From assembly GCA_964187785.1 (NCBI GenBank), contig OZ076409.1:93436001-93500000 (forward strand): a stretch of DNA of 64,000 nt. Direction: 5' to 3'. The notes below the pieces were generated by a model. That model did not search any database. It saw nothing but the letters and a program-made list of their open reading frames with translations, and had not been told where the DNA came from. Below, one piece after another: positions 51,259-64,000 of this stretch. The position numbers and the translations under genes are program-made. Source of the stretch: Amphiscolops sp. MND2022 (lineage: Eukaryota). Each line of letters opens with the position of its first letter. Position 1 is the first letter of the stretch.

Positions 51259-52140
51259 ATGCTCTATTCGGAATTTTCATCCACTCTGTTTTATGGTTTA
51301 GACCCTCACGTCTTGTGTTTTAGTCGTGATGCCTTTAAATGGAGCTTCAGCTCCTCTCCCATACGAAGTTGGCAGTGGGCTTACGAAAATTTCAACTTTA
51401 GGGAATTGAAGTCGATCAATCAAGACGATCATGTAGTGTCCGAAGCGCTTCTGTTAGATTTTCGAGCAGAATTTGCAAGGTACGGGGACTTGTTCGATGG
51501 GGATGCTCTGTTAGAGGAGAGCGTTAAACTTGTGGGTGACCTCCTCCTAGTTATTTTCAAAAAAATAATACAACTGCGGGTCTCCCTGAAAACTTGCCTT
51601 ATGCGTTAGGGACTCTCTGTCAGGGCGTTTTGTTGAACACGAGTGGTGATACCTTGCAAGCGGAAGTGCATTTATTCACTACTCTGCTGGAGGACTTACT
51701 TCGGGTCTCCGATGTGGAACAACATCAATTGAGCGTGGTTTTCTAGAGTTCATTGATGAATACCGTCTAACGTTTCTAACAGAGGACGTGTTGAACAGTA
51801 GCTCTATAGTACATCATTAGGCTCATGCAAGAGTGGACACGGAAAAGCTTATACAGTTTTTAGTGTCTCACTGGAAGTTCTCAGTTTCCGCCGGATGTTA
51901 CTTGCTTGCCTGTAGGTTCTCTGACTGAAACTCGAAGCAGTTGAGTGTGTGCTATTGTGTTACAGTACCTGCGTGAACGGACCATCAGGAGATAAGAGAG
52001 CGTGAGTTAGATGAAGTAACAGAGTCAAACGGTCGAGTGGTGGACTCATCTGAAATATCTGAAGATTGACTGTGGGACGACATCGGTATTGTGGCCGGCG
52101 ATGATTATGGACAGTCCTCTAAGACCGACTAGGAGTGAAC
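51259..52140 (+). pseudogene. Probable third, highly divergent homolog of the last exon of the antisense accessory gene
   Basis: FYGLDPHVLCF...PIRSWQW and KTCLMR*GLS resemble FRAFNQFAVF...SISDWDN and KSKLMRGLS. Multiple stops. Confidence 0.4.
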
Positions 52141-55018
52141 AGCAGTGACGGAAGGGCTCTTAATCCAAATAATCAGTGGTGTGAGACACCTGTTGCCCAC
52201 CTGGTAAACATACCATCAGAAGACAAACCTTTTCGCATTCTTGACACTATTTTGAGTAATTTTTTGTATATAATTTCTTTAGTGTTATTCACTGTTCATT
52301 TATTGTATTCTGCCAAGCAGAAATGGGGGGGAGGGATTGGCAGTGTAAAACAAGGCGGAAACATTTACAGTACTACGTCAGAATGTTCCCTAGTGCTATT
52401 TTTCAGTTAAGGGGTAATTTAGTATAGATACCTAGACTGTTATTGTTTGTTGAGTGCTAGCGTTGGCTTTTCTGCAGCGATTTATCAGGAATACGGTTAA
52501 GATCATAATTACAGGTCTTCAGGCAACTTTTAATTTAGTTAAATACATTCTTTCATAGTCCCTTCGAATGCAGAAAATTAGGCTCATCTCCTTTTCGTCA
52601 GCTATTGTTTTGTGGTTTTCCACATTCTAACCAACCCGATGCGAGGACTACGAATTATCTATTAAAAACCAAGAGGTTTTAATAAGTGCGCGAAGTTTGG
52701 TTTCTCTATACAATTTTGAAATTTTTGTCGATTTTTCATTGTACGTCCGGTAAACTATTCCAATTTCGCGATTGTCGCCACGTTCTTTCCTCAAAACTGG
52801 GTTAATTTTTGTTACAATGTTCATTCAATTAAACATTGGCATAACTCATTCAAGCTGTGTTAAATTTATCGGCAGTGACCCGATTCACGGTAATTTGTTT
52901 TAATGCAATGAAATAAAAACCCTTGTAATGTTTATCTTTATGACTACATGTTTCAGTTAGGACATGAAACGACGGTTACATGTATTTTACGTTGTTACGA
53001 ATGCTCAAACGAGTATCACTTTGTCAAAGCCGAAAGATCCTTTCTCGTCATTAGCTCTAGGCATAGGCAAGCGTGGTAGCCGCTTTCGTGGCCGGCGGTG
53101 TAAGCACCTTACTCACCAGGCCAACCTGTGGGCGAGCCCATGTAGGCATGCCGAGGGTCCGCTCCTTCCAAATGTTTGAAAACTCAACGTTCATGATGCA
53201 AATAGTCTCGGCGTGTTACGCAAGGCTGGTTGCTTAACATCGAGTTGCGCATTTTGACTGCAATCGCGCTTCACGCTTCATTGTCTTCTTAGGCATCTTA
53301 TGTTTTTTTTACATAATTGATACTGGAATTCGTTACTACATGACTTTACCGTGTGCGTTCGTATTCACATCAACGAGTGTAGAACACTCACCAAGTATAC
53401 TTTCGGTGTGTATTGTTTACTGCATTGCATAATCGTACTACATGTAAAGTGTCTTGATTACATACATGACACAAAAGGTTTTCAAGTTCACTTTTCGGTT
53501 ACTTGGACAATGTTTTATCGTCAAAAAACCTCTACAAAACTAACTTAGAAACCACTATGTCATCGGCTACCCGGAAAGTTTCCTCTGCATGGTTGTAAGC
53601 CCCCTTTTAAGCGGACACGTTTAAAGAGAAGAGTCTGCCTGCATGATGCCAATGGAGTTCTGTTCACATACATGGTGATTTGAATCTGAACTACCAACAT
53701 AGTAGGGGTAGCCGTCTCGTGTCCTAATTCAATCACAATCATTTTACAAGTTTTCCAGGAGGTAGATAATTTCCTTTTTCCACTAGTGAATTCTAATTTT
53801 TTTTTCAAATAGTCTTCAAATAGTCTTCTTCCTTACAACGGTGAATTGCATACGTAACCATGGTGCAAATGTTCCACCCTATGATAAAAATATCAAAGGC
53901 GTATTCGACCTCATGTATTGATTTGATAATATGACGTCACAGTTCATCAAGTTTCATGTGGGACGGATTTGGAAGTGCATTTTTTTTCATTCTTTTGTCA
54001 TCCCATTTCTTTTTTTTGCTCTTCATGTACAAAGAAAGTTTCGCGAAGCTTCTTCATCTACTTCGTCAATACTTATTGTTACTTCCGTGTAAAATGATGA
54101 CTTTCTCATCGGTTTTACATTGTTTTATATTTAACCTTGTTGATCAAGCGATGGAACATCATTTGTCAATCGCCCTTGTATGAATGAGTATATGATCGTT
54201 TCGCTGGTTTTAACAATTACCAATGCCTCTGCTTTTTAATAAGCAATTGAATCCCAGAGCATTGGGGTCTTTCTCTAACAACACACACGGGCTGTTTGTG
54301 GGATCTTTGCAGTCTTCTGGACAAGAAACTGCCTCCTCCTCCAGCCGGCGCATACAATTTTGGTGTCTTCTAGATTGAGGCCCTAGGTTTCTTCGTCAAT
54401 TGTGTCATCTACTCAAGTCATCTAACATGTCTGATTCCGTAGGCGGTATGTTATGAGTTGAGGACAGGTTCGTCATTTCTCTCTGTGCCGGCATTACGAT
54501 ACATATCCCCGCAAGCAAGTTCCCAGATCTTGCGACTTGCATTAATAACCATTCACAGTGAGTTATTACGATGTTGACTGTTTTACACTTTTCTCCTATT
54601 ACACCAAGTGATAATTAGTTACACTGAATGACTAAAATTCACTAATTGACTGGTTTACACTATTTTCCGGTCCATAAATTTACACTAATTGACTGAATTA
54701 CGCACTGATGCAGTACTACGCACTTTGACTAAATTACGCGATTTTCCACTACGCATTTTGACTGAATTACGCCGTCTTACTAAATATGTGGTGTAAATTA
54801 GTCCAATAGTGTAGCACAGTAATGAACTTGACTATTTTACGCGTTTTGTGAGTCATTGGTTTACCTATATTAAAGATGGTTTTATAACCTTTGTTGTGAA
54901 GATTGAAATGCATTAATTTCACTTCCGAAGATTGATGTTTGAGTTAATGTAAAAAAACATCAATATTGGGTGATGATTTGTATTGGTGATCTAAGTGATT
55001 CGAATTTATTCACGAGAA

Positions 55019-55186
55019 TTCAAATCATAAAGTTTATGTTTAAAAATATTGCTTACTGTCATGATCAGTAAGAAATAGGTTCAAATCATAAGTTACCGTT
55101 GAAAATCTTGCTTACTGTCATGATCAGTAAGAAATTAGTTCAAATCATAAGTTACCGTTGAAAATTTTGCTTACTGTCATGATCAA
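55019..55186. repeat. Three ~59-60 bp tandem units, each with an internal CTTACTG..CAGTAAG dyad (truncated in the third)
   Basis: TTCAAATCATAAGTTACCGTTGAAAAT.TTGCTTACTGTCATGATCAGTAAGAAAT repeated. Confidence 0.85.
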
Positions 55187-55327
55187 GCATGTAGCAAGGT
55201 GTAGCCCGGGGGCAAGCTGTAGCGGGTGGCAGTTCCGAACTGCCACCCGCTACAGCTTGCCCCCGGGCTACACCTTGCTACATGCTTGATCATGACAGTA
55301 AGCAAAATTTTCAACGGTAACTTATGA
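55145..55327. repeat. Perfect fold-back palindrome, 91-bp arms with a 1-nt spacer
   Basis: 55145-55235 is the exact reverse complement of 55237-55327. Confidence 0.95.
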
Positions 55328-57674
55328 CCAAAGAGTCTTCACGTGGTGTGTCCGTATCTTCGCAGTAACTGCTCTTTGAACTCCTTGACAGGCGGCTCTC
55401 AACCACGAACACATCGATATTTTGGTTGAGAGTGATCTCTGGAAATACATCTAATCCAAACTTGCGTAGAAGAGTAGAAATTAGAGGCCGATACGTCAAG
55501 ACCCTTTTCACTGCCTTTAGTGGCTCTCATTGATTCTCCGCTCAGGTTTAAAGCCTCAATCCTATTGAGCGGCAGAGTTTTTATTGGCGTACTCTGAGAG
55601 AAATCTTCCTCTTCATCTGAAGAGATATCGACGATATGGTAGTGGTACGGCGTCAAGCTGCTCATTTTTATTTTGATTCTTTTATAACAGAGATTCTTGG
55701 CTGCTCAAGCAGCTCATTCTTTTCATAATTTGGACAACAAATCAAAGTTTGACCTTTCCTTCATACGTGATTTTTAGTGATTTTCTCTCGGTCGATTTTC
55801 TTCTTCGTTCCAGTTCGTTTCGCTTTTTGAAAGCGATTTCCATCCGTCTGCGCTGTGATTGGCGAAACGAAACGGAATGAAGCTTTTCTGCAACGTCAGC
55901 TACGTCGTTATGACGTCATCAATTCCGAAGGAAGTACGTCGGTATGATGTCACTGTTTCAAAATTGTTTCTCTTGAGTTTCCTTTATTTTCGTTTTTTTT
56001 TAAATTTCTCGATTTTTCATTTAGACTGCTTTCCATTGAGCCTGCCTATGGTTTCGTCAGTGCCAACGATACAAATTATGATTGGAATGAGGTTGATTTG
56101 CCGCAGTTAAAATTTGTTTGGTGATCAGCCTTGTTAGTCTTACCGGTGTTTCTGATGCGTCTAAACCAGATCTTGACTTTCAGTACCTCAACTCGTCATT
56201 TCTTCCACCGTTTCCGTTGTCTCTCAGACAGCAATTCTTCCTCCAGTGACTGCTGTCTTGGGTTCTTCTTTACCAGGTAATCCTTTACCTGCTGGTGTTG
56301 CCCTGTCCTTGCCCGGAACTGAAGTCCAAATTGAGCCTCGTGGAGATGAGACTGATCCCCTACTGGGAACAGTTGCTCCAGAAATCGACGTTTGTACTGC
56401 GGACAGTGACAGAGCGAGATGTTCGTGAGTATTGTTATTGCGTTTAGTTTTCTTTGTGTATATTGGTTTGTTCTTAACACATTGCGTTGTTGTTAGCAGC
56501 TGCGGGCAGACTACCTTCACGGAGTGTGTCTGTGAAGTTCACTACTCCGTCATATCAGCGTGAGAGCAGTCCATCGCCCATATTGCGCAATATAATGGAG
56601 AGCACTTGGTAGTTGTTTTTGTTTTTACTTGATTTTTCTTTGCCTACTGTCATTGGTCTTGTTGTTAGCGTGAAATCCATTCTGTTTGCGAATGCGCGTG
56701 GTATTGTAACCCTCTTGTTTGTGAACGTGAGGAGTGGGAGTTTGAAGTCAGTGCAAGTGGGACTCCGATAAGTTCTCGCGATCTCGGGAAAGTTGGTCGG
56801 CAGCTGGTTGAACAAGTTGAGAGTCGAGATCAACGTTGAGAGTCGAGAGCAAAGTATTGAAACAGGTGGGTTGATATATTCTGTTGTGCGATACTGTGTG
56901 TTGGTTTTCGTAGTGAGGTGTTCAGTAGTCCGGGGTTTGTTCGTAATGGGTCTTTCTTTCTTTTCGTTGTTTTATTTTAAGTTTTGCTGTTCCTGGGGCT
57001 GGTGCCGCGAGTGTTGCGACTTGTTTGTGAGCGAGTGCCGCGAGTGAAGCTCCTTCCCTTGTTCGTGTTCTTGAGGACAATCGAGATGATGGTAGGCGTT
57101 TTATTTTCCTTCAGTGTCTGAGGCATGCCAACCAAGATGTCTTCAGGATGGTCGAAGTGACAACGGTGATTGATTATACCATTCTCACACTAAAGAACGC
57201 GGTATACCAGGGGTGGACTGAGGCCAGGGCTTTGTCCCTTTCAAGGACCTCTGAGATGCGATGTGCACACGGGCTCAATTGACTTTCGATTCGTCCGTAC
57301 CTCCGTTGTACGGGATTGTCTTACATGAAAGACAAGGTCGATAGTTTTGGTATGGGTGTTTCAGTTGAAGGAGATGGACTGGACATTGATAGCTGACAAC
57401 ATGACTACGTACCGCTTTGGATTGTTGCGACTAATGCTGGATACTTGCTAGTATTGGTATCTTTGTTTTTTGACTGAATTAAGGTCGTAGGGGGAGGTCG
57501 TTTTCCATCTTTTGCGTTTGTATAATACTTGGTGTTTTCTTATTGTTGTTGGCACCAGGCTACATGTCTTTCGTACTTTTTTTGAGACGTGTCTACATGT
57601 GAGTCGTTAGTGTTGATCATCCATAGTTATAATTTCAGTTCTGTAATTCGATGCATTATCCCATTTTGTTTTAG

Positions 57675-58792
57675 TTTCAAATGGGACGCAGCGACAAGAA
57701 CGCGATGATTGTATCTTCCATGGGTACTGCAAGATGTGCCACTTCGTATATTGCCTTCTGCAGAAAAAGCGTGTTCTGTCAAGTCTCCCTGGCATTCATG
57801 AGTGGGAAGAAAACATGGTCAAATTCAAAGCTGTAGAGTTTCTAGTGGCATCTCCGGAGAAAGTTTTCGCAACTTACGAGTTTGGGAAGGAATTGTCGGC
57901 AGGAAAAACGAGCGAGTAAGGAGATTTCCAAACCCCTTGAAGAACGTTTTTAGACCGGCTCAATATACTCTCGTTGGAGAGCGCCAGCGCTACCTCCCTC
58001 GTTGCAAAGGGAATGTCTAGTTTTTGATATGAAGTAATGTTTGAGGGTGATGATAGCTATGTCTTCGGGTTGTTGGCACAATTGTGCAAAGTGTTGGAAT
58101 CTTGCAATGCAATGACATGCGTTTCTAAGGCTGCTGTGGAGGAATTCAGAGCTCATGTTCTTGATAAGCGGAGGCAGCACAACCTTTCGGAGCGGTCGGC
58201 CAGTGAAATTCCCGATGTGCGCCGCTACCTGCTCGATGATTTTGGTTTTCAGTCTCGCCGACATGCATTGCGCGTGTTTGAGTCATGTTGTTTGGTCGTG
58301 GGTTTGCCCAGGTACGTTTACCATTCGGTGACTCTGGACTTGAGTGGTTGTGGACTTGACGAGGGGTGTTTCCAGCTCTGCGTGTTCTTAGTTCAGTCAT
58401 ACATAATGTGTGCTGGTTATTCGCATCAGTCCTTCTTTACCGGCCATTCTCTGGATTTGGATCGGACTGCTATCACTAGTGCCGGTGATTCCTTTGTTTC
58501 TTCTGGGTACAGTGTATGGATGGGTTTATGCATCTGCAGCGTGGATGCGTTTATTGGGCGTTACTGTTCGCTCTATGGCACTTCCCTCGCTGAACGCTGC
58601 CAAGCTTGCCAAAATCTTTATTCTGAGTGCAATAGGCTCAGTCGTTTGGCTCGTGCTGCTCAGAGTTCTGGCACGGTGTCAGCAAATTCTAGTACTTTGA
58701 GTGCCGTTGTGAGGCAAACGAAGGAGGCTGCAGAATCGAAGAAACGATGTCAGAAACCCGGCAAATCAAATAAGCAGGCTAGAGACACTTAG
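57675..58792 (+). pseudogene. Homolog of the antisense accessory gene (last exon), antisense to a second Gypsy pol
   Basis: Colinear similarity with 14219-15326: HFVYCLLQ..IHEWEE vs VFIYSQLQ..ISDWDN; VAKGMSSF..VMFEG vs LMRGLSAF..VMLDG; FQSRRHALRVFESCCL vs LQCRPELFLLYKFSCL; CFQLCVFLVQ vs TFQSCVRSLQ; YSVW vs FSVW. Preceded by a TTTTGTTTTAG acceptor. Confidence 0.8.
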
Positions 58793-59050
58793 TCTAACAG
58801 CCAAAAGAAGATGTCTGAAAAGGATGATGATGCTAATGCTTCTCAACTCGTGAAGTAACTGGGTAGTTACCGATGCATTTCCGATAAAGCTTCACTTATG
58901 TAGTTAGTTTGTTTGTTCGTGTTTTTTACAATTTACAATCTTCTATTCATTGGACAAGTTCGTATGTTGTGTATTTCTGAGCAAAGGGAAACTTTGGTAA
59001 AGGTTATCTTTGCCCTTCTGGTTCTGTTGGTGACTCTCTGTTTTTGTTTA

Positions 59051-61860
59051 TCAGTTAGTCTGACTTAGAGCTTCCGTGGTAACTGAGTCAAGCATTCTGA
59101 AGGCAGAATTCGCATTTGGTCTAAGGTAAGGTCGTAAAATGTATCTGCCCACTTTTCTGGGGTTTGATGCATCTACCATAGGAGGCAATGCGGACAGTTG
59201 GGGAGGGCGTTCTATAGATGGCGGCATCAAGATGTAAGTATTGTCACTGATATCTAGGTTGAACGACGTGTTATTATCTGAGGAAGTTTTATCATCATCT
59301 AAGTTTTTGACTTCGGTTGTTTTCACCTGTTCATTTTGCGTTGTATTTCTCGAATTGTCGTCAATTTCTGACTTCGTTGGTTCTCCAGGTTGTTCTTTCG
59401 TTGGCGTTCCGAATAGAACTTCTCTGAATTCGGTTTCCCAAGCTTGCACGTAACAATCGTCACGGGTTGGTTTAACTTCAGGCGCGTATAACCTCAGGCC
59501 AAATCTTTGGAGGGTTTTCGTCCAACTTGTTTTCGTTTTTCGAACGAGGACAACGATTCAATGGCCAGACCAGATGCAGGCTTTGAACACAAATTTTGTC
59601 GATCGATTGATTATCTGCTTTCGGATTGAGGATCTAACAATATTCGTTTGTCTTCAGGGGAGTTGCTGTCGCTTTCTTGTCGTAGTATTGATTGTATTTT
59701 ATGTCTGACTGTATTAGGCGTTCTTTGGCGCTTTGATGGATTTCTTCTATCTGTTTTTGTAATTTGTCGGCTAACTCGTAATCGCTGTTCTTCTTCCATT
59801 CCAGTTTGAGTCGGAGTTTGGTGTCCAGTTTGTTGTACGGGATACTTCCGTGGAACACTGTTGTAGGTTCACGTTCTAGGCTTTCATGATAGCTAGTAAT
59901 GTAATTCATGACAGCAATTTGGACGTTTTGGTGCCACAAAGATCTTCGTCCTCCTGTTGATATCTTCAGCGATATATTTAATGAAGCATGAGCGCTTTCC
60001 AGCATGCCAATTGTTTGTGTTATCTGGTTGATCACTTTTGATCTGAATTGTGATCTTTTTCCGGTCAATATAACTATTAGTAGAATGTAGTGTCTCGTCA
60101 TTACATCGATAATGCATCTTCCGCGACTGTTCTGGCAGTCATGTCTTGTGTCGGGTAAGCAGAGAGATAACGGAAGAACACATAAATCATTGGTATGAAG
60201 TGTTTGTATCCGCGAGGATTTGGTTGATTCGGTAATATGTCTACTTCTAAGCAGTCTTCTGGTCCTATTGTGATATCAGTGTTGCTCAGCCTTTTGCCGC
60301 TCGTCGATTCTTTTGTTAGCAATGCAAACTGGCAGATGGTCAACACAGCTGATTTTCCGTGCCAATCCCGGATAATATTATTTTGTTCTTCATTCTAGTA
60401 TCATCTTCCTTATACATGGGTGCTTTTTTGGCTTTGCCGTGTAGTGTGCTAAGAACTTCTGAGACTAGAGACTAGGTGTCATGGCATTATCACTCGGTGA
60501 TGAGTGACTGTTCGTCTTCTCCGTAGTATTTTCGCATAAGGACTCCGTCTTTCATGGCGATTCGTTCTTCACAAAGTAATACATTTCTTCCCCTCGGATC
60601 AGTTTCGTATTTGGCGTGTTTGGAGAAAGGTAGAGTCTTGATGATTCCATAACTGTGCATGAGGGCTAGTTCCACCGTTAAATCGTCTTTGAGGTTGATT
60701 GGCATCGGTAGGCTTTGTGTGTTGACGGGTTTGACTTCTTTTGCTTGTAGGCCGACTTGGAATTTTGTGACCATGCCAATATCGAGTCTTTGTCTCGCCA
60801 AAAATTTTTGTTGAATTCAACAAAGGTTGATTCTAGGTTTTTGCTGTCTTCTCCAGTGCTTAGTGAATCGCTCCATTTGAACATGGAATAAAAAGTTGAT
60901 ACATGATTGCTCGTTTTTTTGAAACGAATTTTTCACGTTCGTCCAACTCCTGTAGTTCTTTGAGAATCCAGCGTTGTATCGGGGAGTGTTCTGATTGTTT
61001 GCCGGTGTTTTCAGGGGTTGGGAACCAGAATTTTTCTTCGTTGTGTTCGGGGCATTCGACTTGCATTAGTGCATTGACATACGTGACTACGTCGTCATGA
61101 TCTGTTAGTAGATTCACCGCAGCTATGTCGATTGGTTGGATGGATATCGTTTCAGCAGATTTCATAATCTGTAATTCGGCTAGCTTTGTGCTATCGTATA
61201 GGGGAAATCTGAGGTGTTCGTTGATTTGATGGCCACTCGTTTGTCTCGTGCTGTTGTTATCGCTGGGGCCATACATTCGTCAACCAACGACAAAGGTTGT
61301 ATGGTCTCAGTAATTGGGCGATCGTCAGTCGTAGCTCTTGACGCGTGGATGATGCGTGTGGATAGCGCCGGGATGGTGTGTTCACTTTCCGTCCTTATTG
61401 TGATAGGTTTTGGGTTGCATTTTAGCATTTCATCGGTGCGTGCCGTCAATGTTTGGTTATTTGGGAAGTCGATTGTTCATTGAGTGGTATCCAATATCGC
61501 GGAAGGTTTAGCTAGGAATGCTAGTCCAATTATTGGGAATGATGTTTGGGTCATGATTATCAACGTTTTCTCGAATGTGTAGTCTCCAATCTTGAACTGC
61601 ATGATGTGTATTGCAGGGCGTTTTTCAAGTTCAGCGTTGGCATATTGGACTTTGACAGGAGGAGGTGGCGCTTCGTGGATAATGGTCTGATTTGCTTCAA
61701 GCTGTGTTTTGTTTCGTCCCTGTCACTAATGGCATTGACGGATGCATTGACGGAGTCTACTAACGCTTTGATTTTGACTTTGTTGAATTCTAGTGGTAAG
61801 AAAAGCATTCTTCTCTTGTTCTTGAGGGTAAATGTCGACATTGAAGGAATATAGTCGTGT
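59051..61860 (-). pseudogene. pol: Degenerate Gypsy pol, same clade as the 6329-22259 element; most of RT and RNase H deleted
   Basis: Protease KALVDS; FWFPTPEN; QSLPMPINLKDDLTVELALMH (RT start) fused directly to the pre-integrase region; integrase VDILP, FFRYLSAYP, QTIGMLE and YYDKKA. Confidence 0.9.
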
Positions 61861-63404
61861 TCGTTGTCCTATTGAATGGATTTTTTTATGGCGTCAAGGT
61901 CAAGTGGTAAGGATATTGGTGAGGATAACTTCAGTATCGGTAAAATGTCAACTGGCTGATACGTTTGCGGATGTTGTGCAAACAGTAGTCTTGGTAGTCT
62001 TGACGGTGTTGGTCGATTCTAGACTTGTGGGATTTGGGTTCGGTTTTTCGATACCCAGACTTGTGGAGTCATTGAGGAGTCCTGTCACCATGCTACGACT
62101 TGTTATCGGGGTGCCTTTATGAGTAGTCGTTTTAGATTCTGTAGGAGGTGTCGTGTCAATGCAGTTACGAGGGAAACATTTTCCGCTTCGTTTTTATATC
62201 GTCTTTTTTTTCAGTATGACTATTCTAAGCTATGGGGATTTCTAAGTCCTGAGAGACTAACTCTTCTTCAGCTTCCTTTTGTGGCTTCTTGTGGTCATTT
62301 TGATTGAAAAGAAAGGAACCTTTGGAATCAGTGGATTATTCAAATAAAATCTTGTTCGATTTTCTAACAGAAAGTCAGAACAAAACAATGTTGAATGAAT
62401 CTTTGCATGTTCATCTTTCATGTATATACTTTCCTATTATCATCGGTTCCTCACCTAAAAGTTCCTAGGTATCATAAAAATGGGTTTGTTCACTACAAAT
62501 GTAACGGCTGCTTGCCCTTATCCTGCGCTGAGGCTTGACAAGCTTTACGCCGCCCTGATCCGTTGCTTAGTGCTGTGGACCGTCACTAAAGAATTCCTGT
62601 TTTTTCGTGTTTTAAAGGACTGTATTTTTTGGCTTGATGGGTCCGATGTGACCCGTGGAATCTCCTGCGATTCCTCTTTGCACTGATTTGGATCCGATGT
62701 GATCCGTAACACACACTTCCCTCACTGTATCTTTACGCGCTCCGGCTCTCCAACTATGATAGTAGCTACTTAGTCGTTCTAACTCTAACGAAAAGTTGTG
62801 AAGATTGAGAAGTTGATTAATTAGTCTTGCGGTCCTGAGACCCAACTTGACTATAGCTATACAGTGGAGAAAATCTCTATCTAATAATTGTATAAAGGTG
62901 GTTTACAATTCTACAGTAAATATAAGCAAATATTAGTTAAAATATGTTGTATAAATAAATGACATTTAAAGCATACAATGAAGTTATTGGCTAAGTAAAC
63001 AAACTATGTGGTGGTTTTGGCATGTTGGTTAGGTGGGTTAGAAAGTATGTTTACACAATGTAAATATCATTAATTTCAACAGAGTTACATTTCCTTTAAA
63101 ATCATATGAGAAAATCACATAATAAGTTATATATCAAAAATGGGTAATTCATGGGGTCTGACCTAGGTCACTTTGGGTGTTAATAGCTCGAAACCCAGGG
63201 GAGATACGGGGTTGGTTGTTCTTAAAGAAAAGTTAGGATAGCACCACCACTATATGTGTGCCGAGTTTCAAGGTGATTGATGAAGTGGTTCATCGGGACG
63301 GGGGGGGGTGGCCCTTTTTTTCACACGACTAATTTTGCAAGAAGTTGCAGTTTTCCAACCAAAATCTTGATTAATTTTCTAAGAGTTTTGAGTTGTGAGT
63401 TTCA

Positions 63405-64000
63405 TCAGTCACGTTCGAATTTGCGTTTCTGATCTCGCAATTGACTGGCGCCAACATTGCCGGCCCTGTTTTTCTCCTGAAAAACACTTTCGTGGAACAT
63501 GGGTGCCAGTTTCACTACTGGTCTTTCGAGTTTTCCATCTTCAGTTTTCACCAGCGCTGATCTCACTCGCCCATCGCTTCCATGATAGATTTCTAACACT
63601 CTACCCATCTTGTAATGTGCTCTTTTCACATTGTCATCTTCTATTCAAACCAAATCATTGACTTCCAGTTGTCTAACTTCTCCTTTAATCCATTTTCCAA
63701 AAGATTGAAGTTGCATCATCATTTCTTCCCATGATACAGCCGGCCCTATGAAAGGCCCATTTTCCGAGTTTGTTGTTGTTTGTGCTTTTGAAGAACTCAA
63801 TCGCGTTTCCATTAGCGATATTTCATCTGGAAATTCATCTATCACAATCTTTGCATATAGGATGCCATTTGTATTCAACTGAGCGCTTTCGTTCATTCCA
63901 TGTAATAGGTTTGAGGCATTTTCAAACTTCCAAGCTCGTTTCTCGATTTGCTTGCGATGGCCATTTCTCAGTTGGGTATACGCATTGGGGTTAGCTTGTG
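63405..64000 (-). mobile_element. BEL/Pao LTR retrotransposon remnant: integrase C-terminus, PPT-like tract and start of the 3' LTR
   Basis: KW...LEVNDLV*IEDDNVKRAHYKMGRVLEIYHGSDGRVRSALVKT..G.LERPVVKLAP is the typical BEL integrase tail. GAAAAACAGGGCCGGCAA is followed by a TGTTGGCGCC LTR start at 63456. Confidence 0.85.

Larger units (their letters stand above)
47540..55527. repeat. Tandem duplication, copy 2 (~8 kb)
   Basis: Junction with TCT microhomology at 47540-47542; paralogous ORF pairs appear in the ORF track. Confidence 0.9.

Noticed and set aside
56040..57060. Minus-strand accessory ORF of the second Gypsy element, equivalent to 19814-20779
   Set aside because: The position fits, but the frames are broken and I see no sequence similarity.
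62500..63089. Solo LTR TGTAAC...GTTACA
   Set aside because: The termini are inverted, but the flanks (ACAAA / TTTCC) give no TSD.

Overview
AT-rich, repeat-saturated eukaryotic (probably invertebrate) DNA. I found no recognisable host gene; nearly all interpretable sequence is nested transposable elements. The centrepiece is a complete 15.9 kb Ty3/Gypsy LTR retrotransposon (6329-22259) with ~1.52 kb TG...CA LTRs and a GGCGT target-site duplication (TSD). It has an unusual four-gene layout. (1) gag starts inside the LTR. (2) pol follows, degraded in this copy. (3) An antisense five-exon gene with four phase-compatible GT-AG introns encodes a ~1200 aa protein with a BED-like zinc finger that resembles a catalytically dead hAT transposase. 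(4) An intact sense ORF in the env position ends inside the 3' LTR. Helically phased arrays of a paired TATRCG motif occur in both LTRs, upstream of the antisense gene and in its largest intron, suggesting an element-encoded DNA-binding regulator and its target sites (inference). Divergent homologs of the antisense gene occur at 57.7-58.8 kb, antisense and downstream of another Gypsy pol, and probably at 51.3-52.1 kb. Also present: two solo LTRs carrying gag N-termini, Helentron/DINE-like non-autonomous elements, a TIR element, a ~6/8 kb tandem duplication, several palindromes, a minisatellite and a BEL/Pao remnant. Family assignments are by eye; no database search was run.
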